NCBI GenBank assembly: GCA_050287845.1
Contig: JBNKCR010000007.1
Coordinates: forward strand, 30,930 to 94,929
Reading direction: 5' to 3'
Origin: Polyangia bacterium
GTDB taxonomy: Bacteria; Myxococcota_A; Polyangia; JAAYKL01
DNA: 64,000 nt
Shown: piece by piece, positions 10,258 through 19,844 of the stretch
Layout of the letters: every line of letters begins with the position of its first letter
Numbering within the stretch: the first letter of the stretch is position 1
Translations under genes and position numbers: made by a program
Notes under the pieces: model-generated
What the model was told of the DNA's origin: nothing
What the model saw: only the letters and a program-made list of their open reading frames with translations
Databases searched by the model: none

Positions 10258-12380
10258 ACCTTTCCGTTCTCAAATACGCAATGGTATCTGCATTATTGCT
10301 CGCGCTCTCTGGGCCAACCATGGCCCGTGCGGGGGGAGAGCATATCTGGGAGTTGGCCGGACACGATGAATTCGCCCGGGGTGAGCTACTGCAGACTATG
10401 TTGTCCGATAAAGGCGAAATCCGGCCTGGACTGGCGAACGAGAAAATTGACATCGACGCTGTGGGGCTCATCTGGTCTGTGGTAAAAGCCGAGGACGGCA
10501 CGCTGTACCTGGGGACTGCCTACGACGGTAAGATATACCGTGTAGATGGCAATCGGGCGCACCTCATTGCCACCACTGACAGCCTTGTGGTCACCGACAT
10601 GCTCATCGATTCCAAAGGGACGCTGCTGGCATCCACCATTCCCGGATCAACCGTGTGGCGCATTTCCCATCCGGAAAAAATTGACGTGGAGGTTCCGGTG
10701 AAGGCGACGCCGCATGTGACCCTGGCTGCCGAAGAAATGATATGGACCATCGCCCTAGATGCGAAAACACAGACCCTATACATGGGTACCGGGCCAGAAG
10801 GAAAAATCTGGTCCGCCGGAAAAGACGGAAAGCCCCATCTGCTGCTCGACACCGAAGAAAAGCATATATTGGATATTCTCCCCACAGAAGACGGCATTCT
10901 GGCCGGAACCAGCCCCGGCGCGTTGCTACTGAAAGTGACTGCACCGGGGGTCAGTTTCGCGTTGGCGGATTTTGACGGCACAGAAGTGAAAAGCATCGCC
11001 GCGCTGTCCGCAAACCAATTGGCAGTGGCGGTGAATGAATTTGTTCATCCGAGAACCACACCCGGCTCTGCATCCAAAGCCCCCAAACAGCCGGCATCTG
11101 CAATGGATGCGAGCGCCAGAGCCAGCACCTCACCGAGCACTAAAACCAGTTCAAAAGATCACAGCTTTGTATATCTCGTGGATGCAACCGGAGCATTTGA
11201 GCAGGTGCTTGAGCAGAAGGGAACCCACATCACCGAAATCGCTGTTGCCGAGAACAACACCATTTTTGCCGCCCTGGGAAATGAAGGAAAAATCGTTTCA
11301 ATCGCCAGAGATCGTTCCGTTTCCGAAGTGGCCGATCTGGCGGAACGGGAAGTGATGTGCGTGCTCGCCGACAGCACCCTTTCGTTCGCCGCCACAGGTG
11401 ATGCCGGTGCGGCCTATCGTTTTTCGGATACCCACATCCAGCCGGTATATCTGACTCCCGTACTGGACTCAAAAGCCGTTTCTCACTTCGGAAAATTATC
11501 GTGGATGGCCAGCGGCCCACTTCGGGTCAAAGGTCGCAGTGGCAATACCATCACCCCCACCGACAACTGGACCGACTGGAGTGCGCCCATCAAACGCGGT
11601 ACTGCGCCGTCACTGGCGCCGGGCAGATATGTCCAATTCCGGATTGAATGGCTGGATGCCACCACCAGCCTGATGCAATTCGAACTGTTTTACACCCCCG
11701 GTAACCGTCGAGCCGTCATCACCCACTTTACACCGGATACGCCATTTGCCGACACCCGGGGCGCGTCCACCGGCGAAGCGGGAACCAGCGAACGCACGGT
11801 TCGTCTGCGCCCCAGTGGCACCAATTCAAAGGATTTGTCTCTCAACTGGTCGGTGGACAATCCCGATAAGGACAAGCTCCGATACCGCCTGTATTACAAA
11901 CCCGTTGGCGTCTCGCTCTGGCTTCCCATTTTTAAGGATGAGGAACCTTTCACCGGTACGTATTACAGCTTTAAAACCGATACGGTGCCGGAAGGGCTGT
12001 ATCACTTTAAACTGATTGCCGACGATTCCATCGAGAATCCGGCAGGCAGCGTGCTGACTGACGAAATGATTTCGGTGCCTGTTCCCATCGACAACCATCC
12101 GCCAACGATTTCCGAATTGAAAGTCGATACCGCAACGAATCGGGTTTCCGGGAAAGCCAGCGACTCCTGGTCCCCTATCGCCGCCCTGGATTACGCGGTG
12201 GACGGCGGCAACTGGATGCCGGTGGCCGCCTCAGACGGCATGCTGGATGCCCCCACCGAATCGTTTTCATTTGCCATTGTGCCCGCCCTTTCCAGGGGAG
12301 GCCATGTGGTGGCGGTACGGGCGATGGATCGCAATGGCAATTACACCGTCCGCGAACGTCATGTGGAGGTTTCCCAATAA
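10254..12380 (+). CDS. Secreted beta-propeller protein with C-terminal FN3/Ig-like domains
   Basis: Repeated LYLGT..GKIY blades, RSGNT..W.DWS motif, C-terminal beta sandwich; ATGA overlap with S55 gene. Confidence 0.75.
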   Translation: MNLSVLKYAMVSALLLALSGPTMARAGGEHIWELAGHDEFARGELLQTMLSDKGEIRPGLANEKIDIDAVGLIWSVVKAEDGTLYLGTAYDGKIYRVDGNRAHLIATTDSLVVTDMLIDSKGTLLASTIPGSTVWRISHPEKIDVEVPVKATPHVTLAAEEMIWTIALDAKTQTLYMGTGPEGKIWSAGKDGKPHLLLDTEEKHILDILPTEDGILAGTSPGALLLKVTAPGVSFALADFDGTEVKSIAALSANQLAVAVNEFVHPRTTPGSASKAPKQPASAMDASARASTSPSTKTSSKDHSFVYLVDATGAFEQVLEQKGTHITEIAVAENNTIFAALGNEGKIVSIARDRSVSEVADLAEREVMCVLADSTLSFAATGDAGAAYRFSDTHIQPVYLTPVLDSKAVSHFGKLSWMASGPLRVKGRSGNTITPTDNWTDWSAPIKRGTAPSLAPGRYVQFRIEWLDATTSLMQFELFYTPGNRRAVITHFTPDTPFADTRGASTGEAGTSERTVRLRPSGTNSKDLSLNWSVDNPDKDKLRYRLYYKPVGVSLWLPIFKDEEPFTGTYYSFKTDTVPEGLYHFKLIADDSIENPAGSVLTDEMISVPVPIDNHPPTISELKVDTATNRVSGKASDSWSPIAALDYAVDGGNWMPVAASDGMLDAPTESFSFAIVPALSRGGHVVAVRAMDRNGNYTVRERHVEVSQ

Positions 12381-13234
12381 TGACGCCACTATCTGACCGA
12401 TTAAAAAACAAAAAAGTGGCGGTGGCTTTTTCATCCGGATTTTTCGGATTCTATCACCACGCCGGCGTTCTGAAGGCGCTGCTTGAAGCAGGCGTTGTTC
12501 CCGTCCACGTTTGCGGTACCAGCGCCGGTGCCATCGTAGCAGCTCTGTATGGCGCAGGTCTGAACGGACCTGAAATCTGCGAAGCCCTGCTGAAGATTGA
12601 ACGCCGGGATTTCTTTGACCTTCAGTTTCCTTTTTCCAAAAAAGGTTTCGGGTTTCTGGCCGGTGAAAAGCTGGGGGCCGCATTGGCAAGGCTGCTTCCG
12701 GTGCACAGTTTCGAAGCATGCCGCGTTCCCGTATCTGTTGGCGTTTACCGGGTGAAGGACGGCCGTTCGGTTCAGATTCGAAGCGGTTCGCTGATTCTGG
12801 GGGTTCGCGCGTCGTGCGCCGTGCCATACATGTTTCAGCCGGTAGAAATTGACGGCAACATATACTGGGACGGCGGATTTCAGGAAAAAACCCCCCTTGG
12901 ACATCTGGTGCACGAAGACGTGGACACCGTTTTTGTTTCCCACATGCCGCCCCGGGAACACCGCAACGGCAAGGTGCCCAAAGAAGGGCTGTTCTCCAAT
13001 ATTTCGTTTTTCGCGGATACGCCGCCGGAGGAACGACGGGAACGGGATCGCGCCGCCGTACGCATATTGAGAGAGCACGGAAAAAACGTGCAGGTCTTTT
13101 CGCCGGATCGTATCTGGCTGGGGCCGTATTCTCTTGACAGAGCCGAAGAAGCCATGGCGTTTGCATACGAGCGTGCCAAAGAGGCATTGGCATCCACCCA
13201 CGAAATGCTTCCGGGCAGCGACGAGCTGAAATAA
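12380..13234 (+). CDS. Patatin-like phospholipase
   Basis: SSGFFG oxyanion loop, GTSAG nucleophile elbow, DGG motif. Confidence 0.92.
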   Translation: MTPLSDRLKNKKVAVAFSSGFFGFYHHAGVLKALLEAGVVPVHVCGTSAGAIVAALYGAGLNGPEICEALLKIERRDFFDLQFPFSKKGFGFLAGEKLGAALARLLPVHSFEACRVPVSVGVYRVKDGRSVQIRSGSLILGVRASCAVPYMFQPVEIDGNIYWDGGFQEKTPLGHLVHEDVDTVFVSHMPPREHRNGKVPKEGLFSNISFFADTPPEERRERDRAAVRILREHGKNVQVFSPDRIWLGPYSLDRAEEAMAFAYERAKEALASTHEMLPGSDELK

Positions 13235-13256
13235 CCCCTCACAAAGGAACTGCTTC

Positions 13257-13694
13257 ATGAGCAAATTCGTTCTCGACGAAAGACTGTGCGAAGATTGCAT
13301 CTGGTTGATGCAATCGGAGAATATCCACATCCTGCTGATGAACAACTCCCTTGTGCCCTGGTTCATCCTGGTGCCGCAAACCTCTTCAATTGAGCTGCAT
13401 CACCTGCCTGCTTCCCAGTTTGATAACCTGATGTCCACCCAACTGCTGCTCGCCAGATTCGTCGAATCCCATTTTACCATCGATAAAATCAACATCGGCG
13501 CCATTGGGAATGTGGTCTCCCAACTCCACGTGCATGTCATCGGCCGATGCAGAGACGACCATTGCTGGCCCAACGTCATCTGGGGCAATCCCAAAAAAAC
13601 GGCATATACTGAAGAACGCATCAGGGATATCCAGCAGATGCTGGTTGCCTTCTGCAAAGAGAACAATCAGGCGTCTGCGACAATCTCCCGGTAG
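13257..13694 (+). CDS. HIT-family hydrolase
   Basis: KINIGAIGNVVSQLHVHVIGR..D..WP motif. Confidence 0.9.
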   Translation: MSKFVLDERLCEDCIWLMQSENIHILLMNNSLVPWFILVPQTSSIELHHLPASQFDNLMSTQLLLARFVESHFTIDKINIGAIGNVVSQLHVHVIGRCRDDHCWPNVIWGNPKKTAYTEERIRDIQQMLVAFCKENNQASATISR

Positions 13695-15523
13695 GTTTCT
13701 GAAAATTCTTTTCGGGCGATACGGTAGATTTCCATTTTGTCAGGCAGAGGCAGCGTGGTGACCAGCATGTCGCCTTCGGCCACCACCTGGGCCTCTCCCC
13801 AGGGTGCCGAAATGTAGAACGCGTCTTCCTGCCCAAAGAGACTGAGCACACCACGGTCCACGGGGATGCCCCGCACTTTACCAACGGGTTTGTACATTCC
13901 CCAGCCTTCCTCCTGCGACGTCATCAATTCGTAGCGTTTGGCGAAGGTGGATTCGTTTACAATGTACAATTCCTTTGCTCCGGTCTGGTTCTGCACCACG
14001 TAATCGCCTGCCCTGGCGGTGTTCACCGTTTCTCTTCCAGATTCCACCACCGATGCCACCACTTCTTTCGGCATTGCCCGGCGCGCACGCACTTTAAGGA
14101 ACTTTTCGTAATTCTTGCCGGTGGATTTCATCAGTTCAGAGACACTGGACACCACCGCTTTCTGAGAGATGCTGCAGTACGCTTTGAAATCATCGATAAT
14201 CCGGATGAACGGCCCCCGTTTATCGGTCGGAACGGGTGAAACCAACATTTCGAACAGTTCAATGCACTGGGCATATTCCCAGTTGGCAAGGGTTTCCGGC
14301 GACGCTTTTTCCAGCAGCACACTGGCATCACGTTCGTTCTGTTGATGAAACGCCACCATCATTCGCGCGATGGTGGTCCATCTGTCCACCCTGTTCAGCA
14401 GGCGTTTGCGTTCGGTAATCCGCAGAATATGAGTGGCGATGTCGGCTGCTCGCCCGACATCGGTGGCATCGTTTCTCTCGGCGTACAGGGCCAGCAGGTG
14501 GAGCGCACAGCGATACTCATTCAAATCCAGCAACATGCCCTCCTCATAGTGGGCAATGGCGGTATTGAGGGCGCGTTTTCGTTTGGGAAGGTTTTCGAGT
14601 TGCTGATACTCCTGTTTATGAAACATCCCCAGAAGACGACATCGCTCGCTGGTGCGACCAAACTCCTGATTGAGCATTTCAATCTGTGCAATGGCCTTCG
14701 CGGTTTCGCCCAATTTGCTTCTGGCCCACGATGTCTGTTCGATGAACCAGGGGCGCCTGGGGATATCCCCCGTCAAGGTGCTATAGAAATCCACCACAGC
14801 CCGCCATCCCAGCACATCTCTGACCAGCTCAAACAGCTCCCGTACACAATAGGCCGGAAGACTGGATACATTGTGATTGGCCAGAATATCCCTGGCGGAC
14901 TTTCTGGCCGACTCAATGTTGATGCTGATTTGATGTTTGCACGCGGCAAGGTCTGTCTGAAAGCGACGAAGCGCATCCCGGGTTTCCCGCAAGTCACTGC
15001 TCTCCCCCCGTGCCAGCGTTTTCCCGTCCAGCAATTCCCGCACCGGATTCTGCGCTATATCAAGGTGTATCAGCGCCTCCCGGATTTGCGCTCTCACATC
15101 GCTGTAGTTATCATTACGAACCGCCTCCCGGCTGAGGGAATAAGTGACCCGGCGTATCTGTTCCAGATCAAACACGGGCCGCGCCCAGTCTGCAGCCAGC
15201 AGCAGACACCCTTTTCTGCTACCCCCATGCCGGAGTCCAATCTCGTAATACACATTGGCATTGGGAATTGAAATGTCGGAAAGCACAATGTCGGCAAGCA
15301 TCAACTGGGCAACCATGTCCCGCACGATCAGCGACCCCTCCTGCTCGTCTGCCCGAACCGGAAGATACCCCTCGGCTTCCAGCGCCGGGCGATATCCCTG
15401 TTGCCAGAGTTGGTCAAAATCTATCTCCGACGGCGCCAGGACGTCGCCAGCCCCTGTTTTCTTTTTACCAAACGGCATCACCACAAACGCGATTTTCAAC
15501 GGCTGACCGACCTCATTCATCAC
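13667..15523 (-). CDS. Deoxyribosyltransferase/deoxyribohydrolase-like domain + TPR-like (DUF4071/TRAF-binding-like) + tandem PGDYG-like domain protein
   Basis: AFVVMPFG..RAD..ADIVLSDIS..NANVYYEIGLRH; helical middle region; C-terminal ARAGDYVV..F..RY and AEGDMLV..F..TY duplication. Confidence 0.75.
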   Translation of the reverse strand: MMNEVGQPLKIAFVVMPFGKKKTGAGDVLAPSEIDFDQLWQQGYRPALEAEGYLPVRADEQEGSLIVRDMVAQLMLADIVLSDISIPNANVYYEIGLRHGGSRKGCLLLAADWARPVFDLEQIRRVTYSLSREAVRNDNYSDVRAQIREALIHLDIAQNPVRELLDGKTLARGESSDLRETRDALRRFQTDLAACKHQISINIESARKSARDILANHNVSSLPAYCVRELFELVRDVLGWRAVVDFYSTLTGDIPRRPWFIEQTSWARSKLGETAKAIAQIEMLNQEFGRTSERCRLLGMFHKQEYQQLENLPKRKRALNTAIAHYEEGMLLDLNEYRCALHLLALYAERNDATDVGRAADIATHILRITERKRLLNRVDRWTTIARMMVAFHQQNERDASVLLEKASPETLANWEYAQCIELFEMLVSPVPTDKRGPFIRIIDDFKAYCSISQKAVVSSVSELMKSTGKNYEKFLKVRARRAMPKEVVASVVESGRETVNTARAGDYVVQNQTGAKELYIVNESTFAKRYELMTSQEEGWGMYKPVGKVRGIPVDRGVLSLFGQEDAFYISAPWGEAQVVAEGDMLVTTLPLPDKMEIYRIARKEFSETYREIVADA

Positions 15524-15620
15524 AACTTCTCCCTCTGTTATGCGTCGAATATATCACTCCCCGGGGGACCTTCAACCGGTTTCTGAGAAGCAGCTGCCCA
15601 ATGTACCGTGATCCCACCTG

Positions 15621-15778
15621 GTACAGCGCCCCGTAGGTTGGGGACCAGATCACGCAGGGCCAACCGCTGAGGGCAAGACGCGCTGACGAAGGACTGGCAG
15701 CGCCAATTCAAGGAGGCGCAACGCAGCCATCGGTGATTGGAACAAGTGAGATGGTCCCCAACTTATGGGAAGCTGTAC
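15621..15778. mobile_element. 158-bp palindromic MITE/REP-like element
   Basis: 27-bp terminal inverted repeats (15621-15647 and 15752-15778; 23/27 match), nested internal stems, intergenic, no transposase. Confidence 0.6.
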
Positions 15779-15878
15779 TCGGCGATATGCCGGCGCATTG
15801 GCGAAAATCTGACCGAGAGCGGTGAGCACGGGTGGGGGTTCCCGAATGGATGATACGATTTGAAAGGAAAGAATTCCG

Positions 15879-17696
15879 TCAGATGGACAACGTGGCGCCG
15901 GCGGTGGCGGAAACAATCTGCTTCACACATTCGGCGTCGTCCGGCTGATAGGAATAGTTGGGGTGTCCTGCGGGCGCTGCTCCGGTGGATTCCCAGTCAT
16001 CGGCGTTGGCCAGTGTATCGTCTGAAACCGACCAGGTAATGCCCGCCCCCACATAATTGTCCCGCAGATCCCAGTATCCCGCGACATCGCTGTATCTGGA
16101 CGTAATGGGATTTTCGCAATATTCAAAATAGTTCGCTTCCACCAGTGCAATGCCCCCCATGCGCACGTTGATGCCGCTGCTCAGGATTTCATTGTAATAG
16201 TTGTTGAACAGATGCGTAAAACCGAACCGTTGCAGCGGCGTTCTGGAAACCACATTGCTGTACCAGTTGTGATGAAATGTTACATACCGCTCGGTGGGGG
16301 CACCACTGCTGTCAGTGGCATCGTCATCGGTGTGTCCAATCAATCCTGTCTTCTGGTGATCGTGCAGGTGATTCCACGAAATGGTAATATATCGCGCCCC
16401 TTTCTTTATATCGATGAGACCGTCAAACTCTGTATCCCCTGCACCGTCACAGTCGTCCCGGGTGGAACTGAACAACTCATTATGATGAATCCATACATTC
16501 TCCACATCACCGTTGGTGCCATTGCCTTCCAGGGTAATCGCATCGGAATCGCCGCCCCCGGGCAAAAGACCCATTGTCATGTTACGAATGATTACGTTTT
16601 TGGCCCGGTTGACCTTGATACCAAAATTGGCACTGGACCCGGCCGTTCCCTCAAAGGTTACATTTTCCATTTCCTTAATCTGAAGAATACGGGCATCTTT
16701 TGAATGTTGCGCACAGACATCTGTAATCGAGGAAAAATCGAATTTTCCGTTATACCGAATCACCAGAGCCTCCCGGGAACCATTCTTGAAGGCATCCCTG
16801 TAGGCGGCCAGTGCCGATTCCGCCTGCTCAAAGCTACTCACTACTACGGGACTGGCATTGCCGCCGCCTGTGGTATTTTTTCCGTAGCCAGTAGGCCCCG
16901 TGGGTTCCGCGGGAACCGTGCAATCCGCCAGGGGATTGGTGTCCTCTTCACCGGTATCCGGCCCGGACCCCGTGTCGGTATCCGTATCGGTATCTCCATC
17001 ATTGCCACAGGTGCCAGCGGCCACACCGGGGCCAGTCACACTCAGACTGTCTATATTGGCCAGACCAGCGTCCGCAGCAGCACTGAGTTCAATGAGATGT
17101 GTGCCTGCCTCCACGGTAAGCGTATGGGACATAATATCCCAGGTTGTCCATCCGCCGGTGGAACTGAAAGCAATGGTATTGGCAGGCGCCCCATCCAGCA
17201 TCAGTACCGCGACCCGATTGCCCTCTTCGAGAGAATAGCGAAATGTCAGTTCAAGGTCTCCAGCGGTGCCCACATCCACCGACCAGACGATCCCGGCCCC
17301 TGCCTCATTGTCTGCATTGATATATCCCGCCCCCTTATACCCGCTGTGTTCGGTCTCGATGTCACCTTTAAAATCGCACACATCCCCTTCTTCGAAAACC
17401 ACACTCGATGCATTCGCGTTGCTACCCGTATCTGAATCCCCAGCGCTATCCGAGTCGGTGTCATTGTCCGTATCCGTATCGGTATCGCTATCCGCGTCGC
17501 TATCCGTGTCCGTATCTGTATCCGTATCGATGTCCGTGTCCGTGTCCGTGTCCGTGTCCGTATCCGCATCCGTATCCGTATCCGTATCGGCGGTCCCGGT
17601 GCCCTCTGTATCGTCACCACCAGACGGCTCGTCGTCACAGGCGAAAAGAATCATTCCTGATATAAAAATCAGCAAAACAGAAATTCGGGGTCTCAT
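15879..17696 (-). CDS. Pectate lyase (PL1) lipoprotein with CBM35-like module and Asp/Thr linkers
   Basis: ILFAC lipobox; GYKGAGY..TGGWTTW..NIDSL module; VWIHH, DGLIDIK, RTPLQRFG, HLFNNY PL1 motifs. Confidence 0.92.
   Translation of the reverse strand: MRPRISVLLIFISGMILFACDDEPSGGDDTEGTGTADTDTDTDADTDTDTDTDTDIDTDTDTDTDSDADSDTDTDTDNDTDSDSAGDSDTGSNANASSVVFEEGDVCDFKGDIETEHSGYKGAGYINADNEAGAGIVWSVDVGTAGDLELTFRYSLEEGNRVAVLMLDGAPANTIAFSSTGGWTTWDIMSHTLTVEAGTHLIELSAAADAGLANIDSLSVTGPGVAAGTCGNDGDTDTDTDTGSGPDTGEEDTNPLADCTVPAEPTGPTGYGKNTTGGGNASPVVVSSFEQAESALAAYRDAFKNGSREALVIRYNGKFDFSSITDVCAQHSKDARILQIKEMENVTFEGTAGSSANFGIKVNRAKNVIIRNMTMGLLPGGGDSDAITLEGNGTNGDVENVWIHHNELFSSTRDDCDGAGDTEFDGLIDIKKGARYITISWNHLHDHQKTGLIGHTDDDATDSSGAPTERYVTFHHNWYSNVVSRTPLQRFGFTHLFNNYYNEILSSGINVRMGGIALVEANYFEYCENPITSRYSDVAGYWDLRDNYVGAGITWSVSDDTLANADDWESTGAAPAGHPNYSYQPDDAECVKQIVSATAGATLSI
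17428..17592 (-). repeat. Coding hexamer repeat encoding a (DT/DS)n linker
   Basis: Tandem GTCCGT/ATCCGT units on + strand, in frame with DTDTDT in the lyase. Confidence 0.85.
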
Positions 17697-18074
17697 GCAT
17701 ACACCTCTGGTTTAAAGTTTCCTATTTGAAGTCGTTCCCGCGTATTCCCAATCAGGGACAATTAAATGGCCCAATGGTCAGACCACTTTTGTTTGTATTT
17801 CCGCAGTAAATCATATTCTTCGGCTTTTCATCGAAGAATATGTTCATCAACCTATCTGTGTCTTTCAGAAACCCAAAACGGATGTAAACGCTAACGTTGC
17901 AAAAAATGATGAATTGAAACGGGAGGGGTGAAGCACTGGTTCTATACAATCATATGGCCAGGTTTCACACATGGACAATTGCGATTCAGGCGGGTTCTGT
18001 GGTACTGCCCCTCCAAACCGATAACCGCATTTCCGGCAACCTGCGGAATGCGCCCCGAGCGGAGCGGAAAACCT

Positions 18075-18584
18075 ATGGCGATGATAAAGGAAATCAACGG
18101 ATGGATTCCTCAGATAGACCCGACTGCATTTGTGGCTGACAACGCCGTGATCACCGGAGAAGTGAAGATTGCCGCCAATGCCGGCATCTGGTACGGCGTC
18201 ATTATACGCGGAGATATGGGACTCATTGACATCGGCGCGGGCAGCAATATCCAGGATGGCACCGTGATTCACTGCACCCGGGAACACTCTGTCACCCGGG
18301 TGGGCAAAGACGTCACCGTTGGCCATCGAGCCGTGCTCCACGGCTGTACACTCGAAGACTGTTGTCTCATCGGCATGGGCGCCATTGTCATGGATAACGC
18401 GGTGGTAAAGAAACACACCATCGTGGCTGCCGGCGCCGTAGTGCTCGAAAACCAAATCCTTGAAAGCGGCTACATCTACGCGGGCACACCAGCGAAGAAA
18501 ATCAAACCCCTCTCACATGAACAGGTTGACGGACTACAGGCCCACGCCCATCACTACGTGGAGCTGCTGGACTGGTACCGGTAG
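18075..18584 (+). CDS. Gamma carbonic anhydrase family (hexapeptide repeat) protein
   Basis: IRGD..IGAGSNIQDGTVIH..VTVGHRAVLHGC..IGMGA; start moved to ATG 18075. Confidence 0.93.
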   Translation: MAMIKEINGWIPQIDPTAFVADNAVITGEVKIAANAGIWYGVIIRGDMGLIDIGAGSNIQDGTVIHCTREHSVTRVGKDVTVGHRAVLHGCTLEDCCLIGMGAIVMDNAVVKKHTIVAAGAVVLENQILESGYIYAGTPAKKIKPLSHEQVDGLQAHAHHYVELLDWYR

Positions 18585-18594
18585 CCCCCGACCC

Positions 18595-19683
18595 CTATGC
18601 TCCGGCTGCCACTGGCGGATAATCCACGTATCCTTCGGGGCCCGGCGTGTAAAACAAATCAAAGTTCGGCTGATTGAGGCCGGCCTTTTCCCGAAACGCT
18701 GTGACCAGATTCGGATTGGCGATAAACGGACGGCCAAAGGCCACCAGGTCGCCGCGATGCCGCTGCAAATCCATTTCAGCCCGTTCCGCATCGTACCCCC
18801 CGGACAGAATGAAAGTGTTCGCGAACTTGTCGCGCATTGCCGCAACCAGCTCCCGATTGGGCGCCGGCGCGCCGAGACTGCTATGGTCCACCACATGGAT
18901 ATATGCAATCCCCGTCGCCGACAGTTTCTCCGTGAGATACAGATACAGCGCATCCATTTCACCATCCGGACGCATGTCATTGAACGCGCCATACGGAGAG
19001 AGTCGGATTCCGGTACGTTCCTTTCCAATCCGCGACACAACGGCGGACACTACGGCAAGGGCAAACCGCGCTCTGTTCTCCACACTACCACCCCATTTAT
19101 CTGTCCGCTGATTCGACGCCGTATTTAAAAATTGATCAATCAGATAGCCGTTGGCGCCGTGCAGCTCCACGCCATCCATGCCCGCATTTTCCACCGCATT
19201 GGCCGCGGCATCAGCGAACTCCGCAACCACTTTTTCAATATCCGCTTCGGTCATCTCCTCTGGAACCGGGTGGGATTTCGGCCCTTCCTTGTCCGTGTAC
19301 ATCTCGCCGGCAACTGCTACCGGCGATGGTGCCTTCACTGTGAGTCCCGCCGGCAGATTAAGCGGATGTGCAACGCGCCCCGTGTGCATGAGCTGCACAA
19401 AGATTTTCGAATCTGCGCCATGCACCACGTCTGTCACTTTTTTCCATCCGGCCACCTGTGCATCCGAAAATATACCGGGAATTCTGGGATATCCCAGCCC
19501 CCCCGGCGATGGCGATGTGCCTTCGGTAATGATCAACGCCGCTTCCGCTCGTTGTCTGTAGTATTCCGCAACCAGATCACCCGGCACATTATCAATACAC
19601 CGGCTCCGGGTCATGGGGGCCATAACAATTCGATTCTTTAACGATATTGGGCCCATACGATATGATGATAATAATTTATCCAT
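18595..19683 (-). CDS. Old yellow enzyme family alkene reductase (NemA-like)
   Basis: NRIVMAPMTRSR, QLMHTGR, GVELHGANGYLIDQF, DLVAFGRPFIANP, GYVDYP. Confidence 0.95.
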   Translation of the reverse strand: MDKLLSSYRMGPISLKNRIVMAPMTRSRCIDNVPGDLVAEYYRQRAEAALIITEGTSPSPGGLGYPRIPGIFSDAQVAGWKKVTDVVHGADSKIFVQLMHTGRVAHPLNLPAGLTVKAPSPVAVAGEMYTDKEGPKSHPVPEEMTEADIEKVVAEFADAAANAVENAGMDGVELHGANGYLIDQFLNTASNQRTDKWGGSVENRARFALAVVSAVVSRIGKERTGIRLSPYGAFNDMRPDGEMDALYLYLTEKLSATGIAYIHVVDHSSLGAPAPNRELVAAMRDKFANTFILSGGYDAERAEMDLQRHRGDLVAFGRPFIANPNLVTAFREKAGLNQPNFDLFYTPGPEGYVDYPPVAAGA

Positions 19684-19844
19684 TGAAATTCCCTCCTTGA
19701 CGCCATCCTTGCGACGCTGGTTTCAATCTAACAACTGGTATTCAGATGTCAAATTACCAGATTGCTACCATCCAGCGCCCCCCCCGGTCCCGCCCGAATT
19801 CACCTGATATGACGACATGACCCCCCAATGCGCGTCGTCCATCC

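Noticed and set aside
12380..15523. Patatin + HIT + deoxyribohydrolase-like gene as one CBASS-like system
   Set aside because: No cyclase nearby; patatin and HIT belong to the opposite-strand operon and look like ordinary family members.
15650..15916. 88-aa minus-strand ORF
   Set aside because: Runs through the palindromic element, overlaps the lyase end and has no recognisable motif.
17882..17904. LacI-like operator (TGTAAACGCTAACGTTGCA) upstream of the pectate lyase
   Set aside because: Imperfect single palindrome and no regulator in the window; too weak to call.
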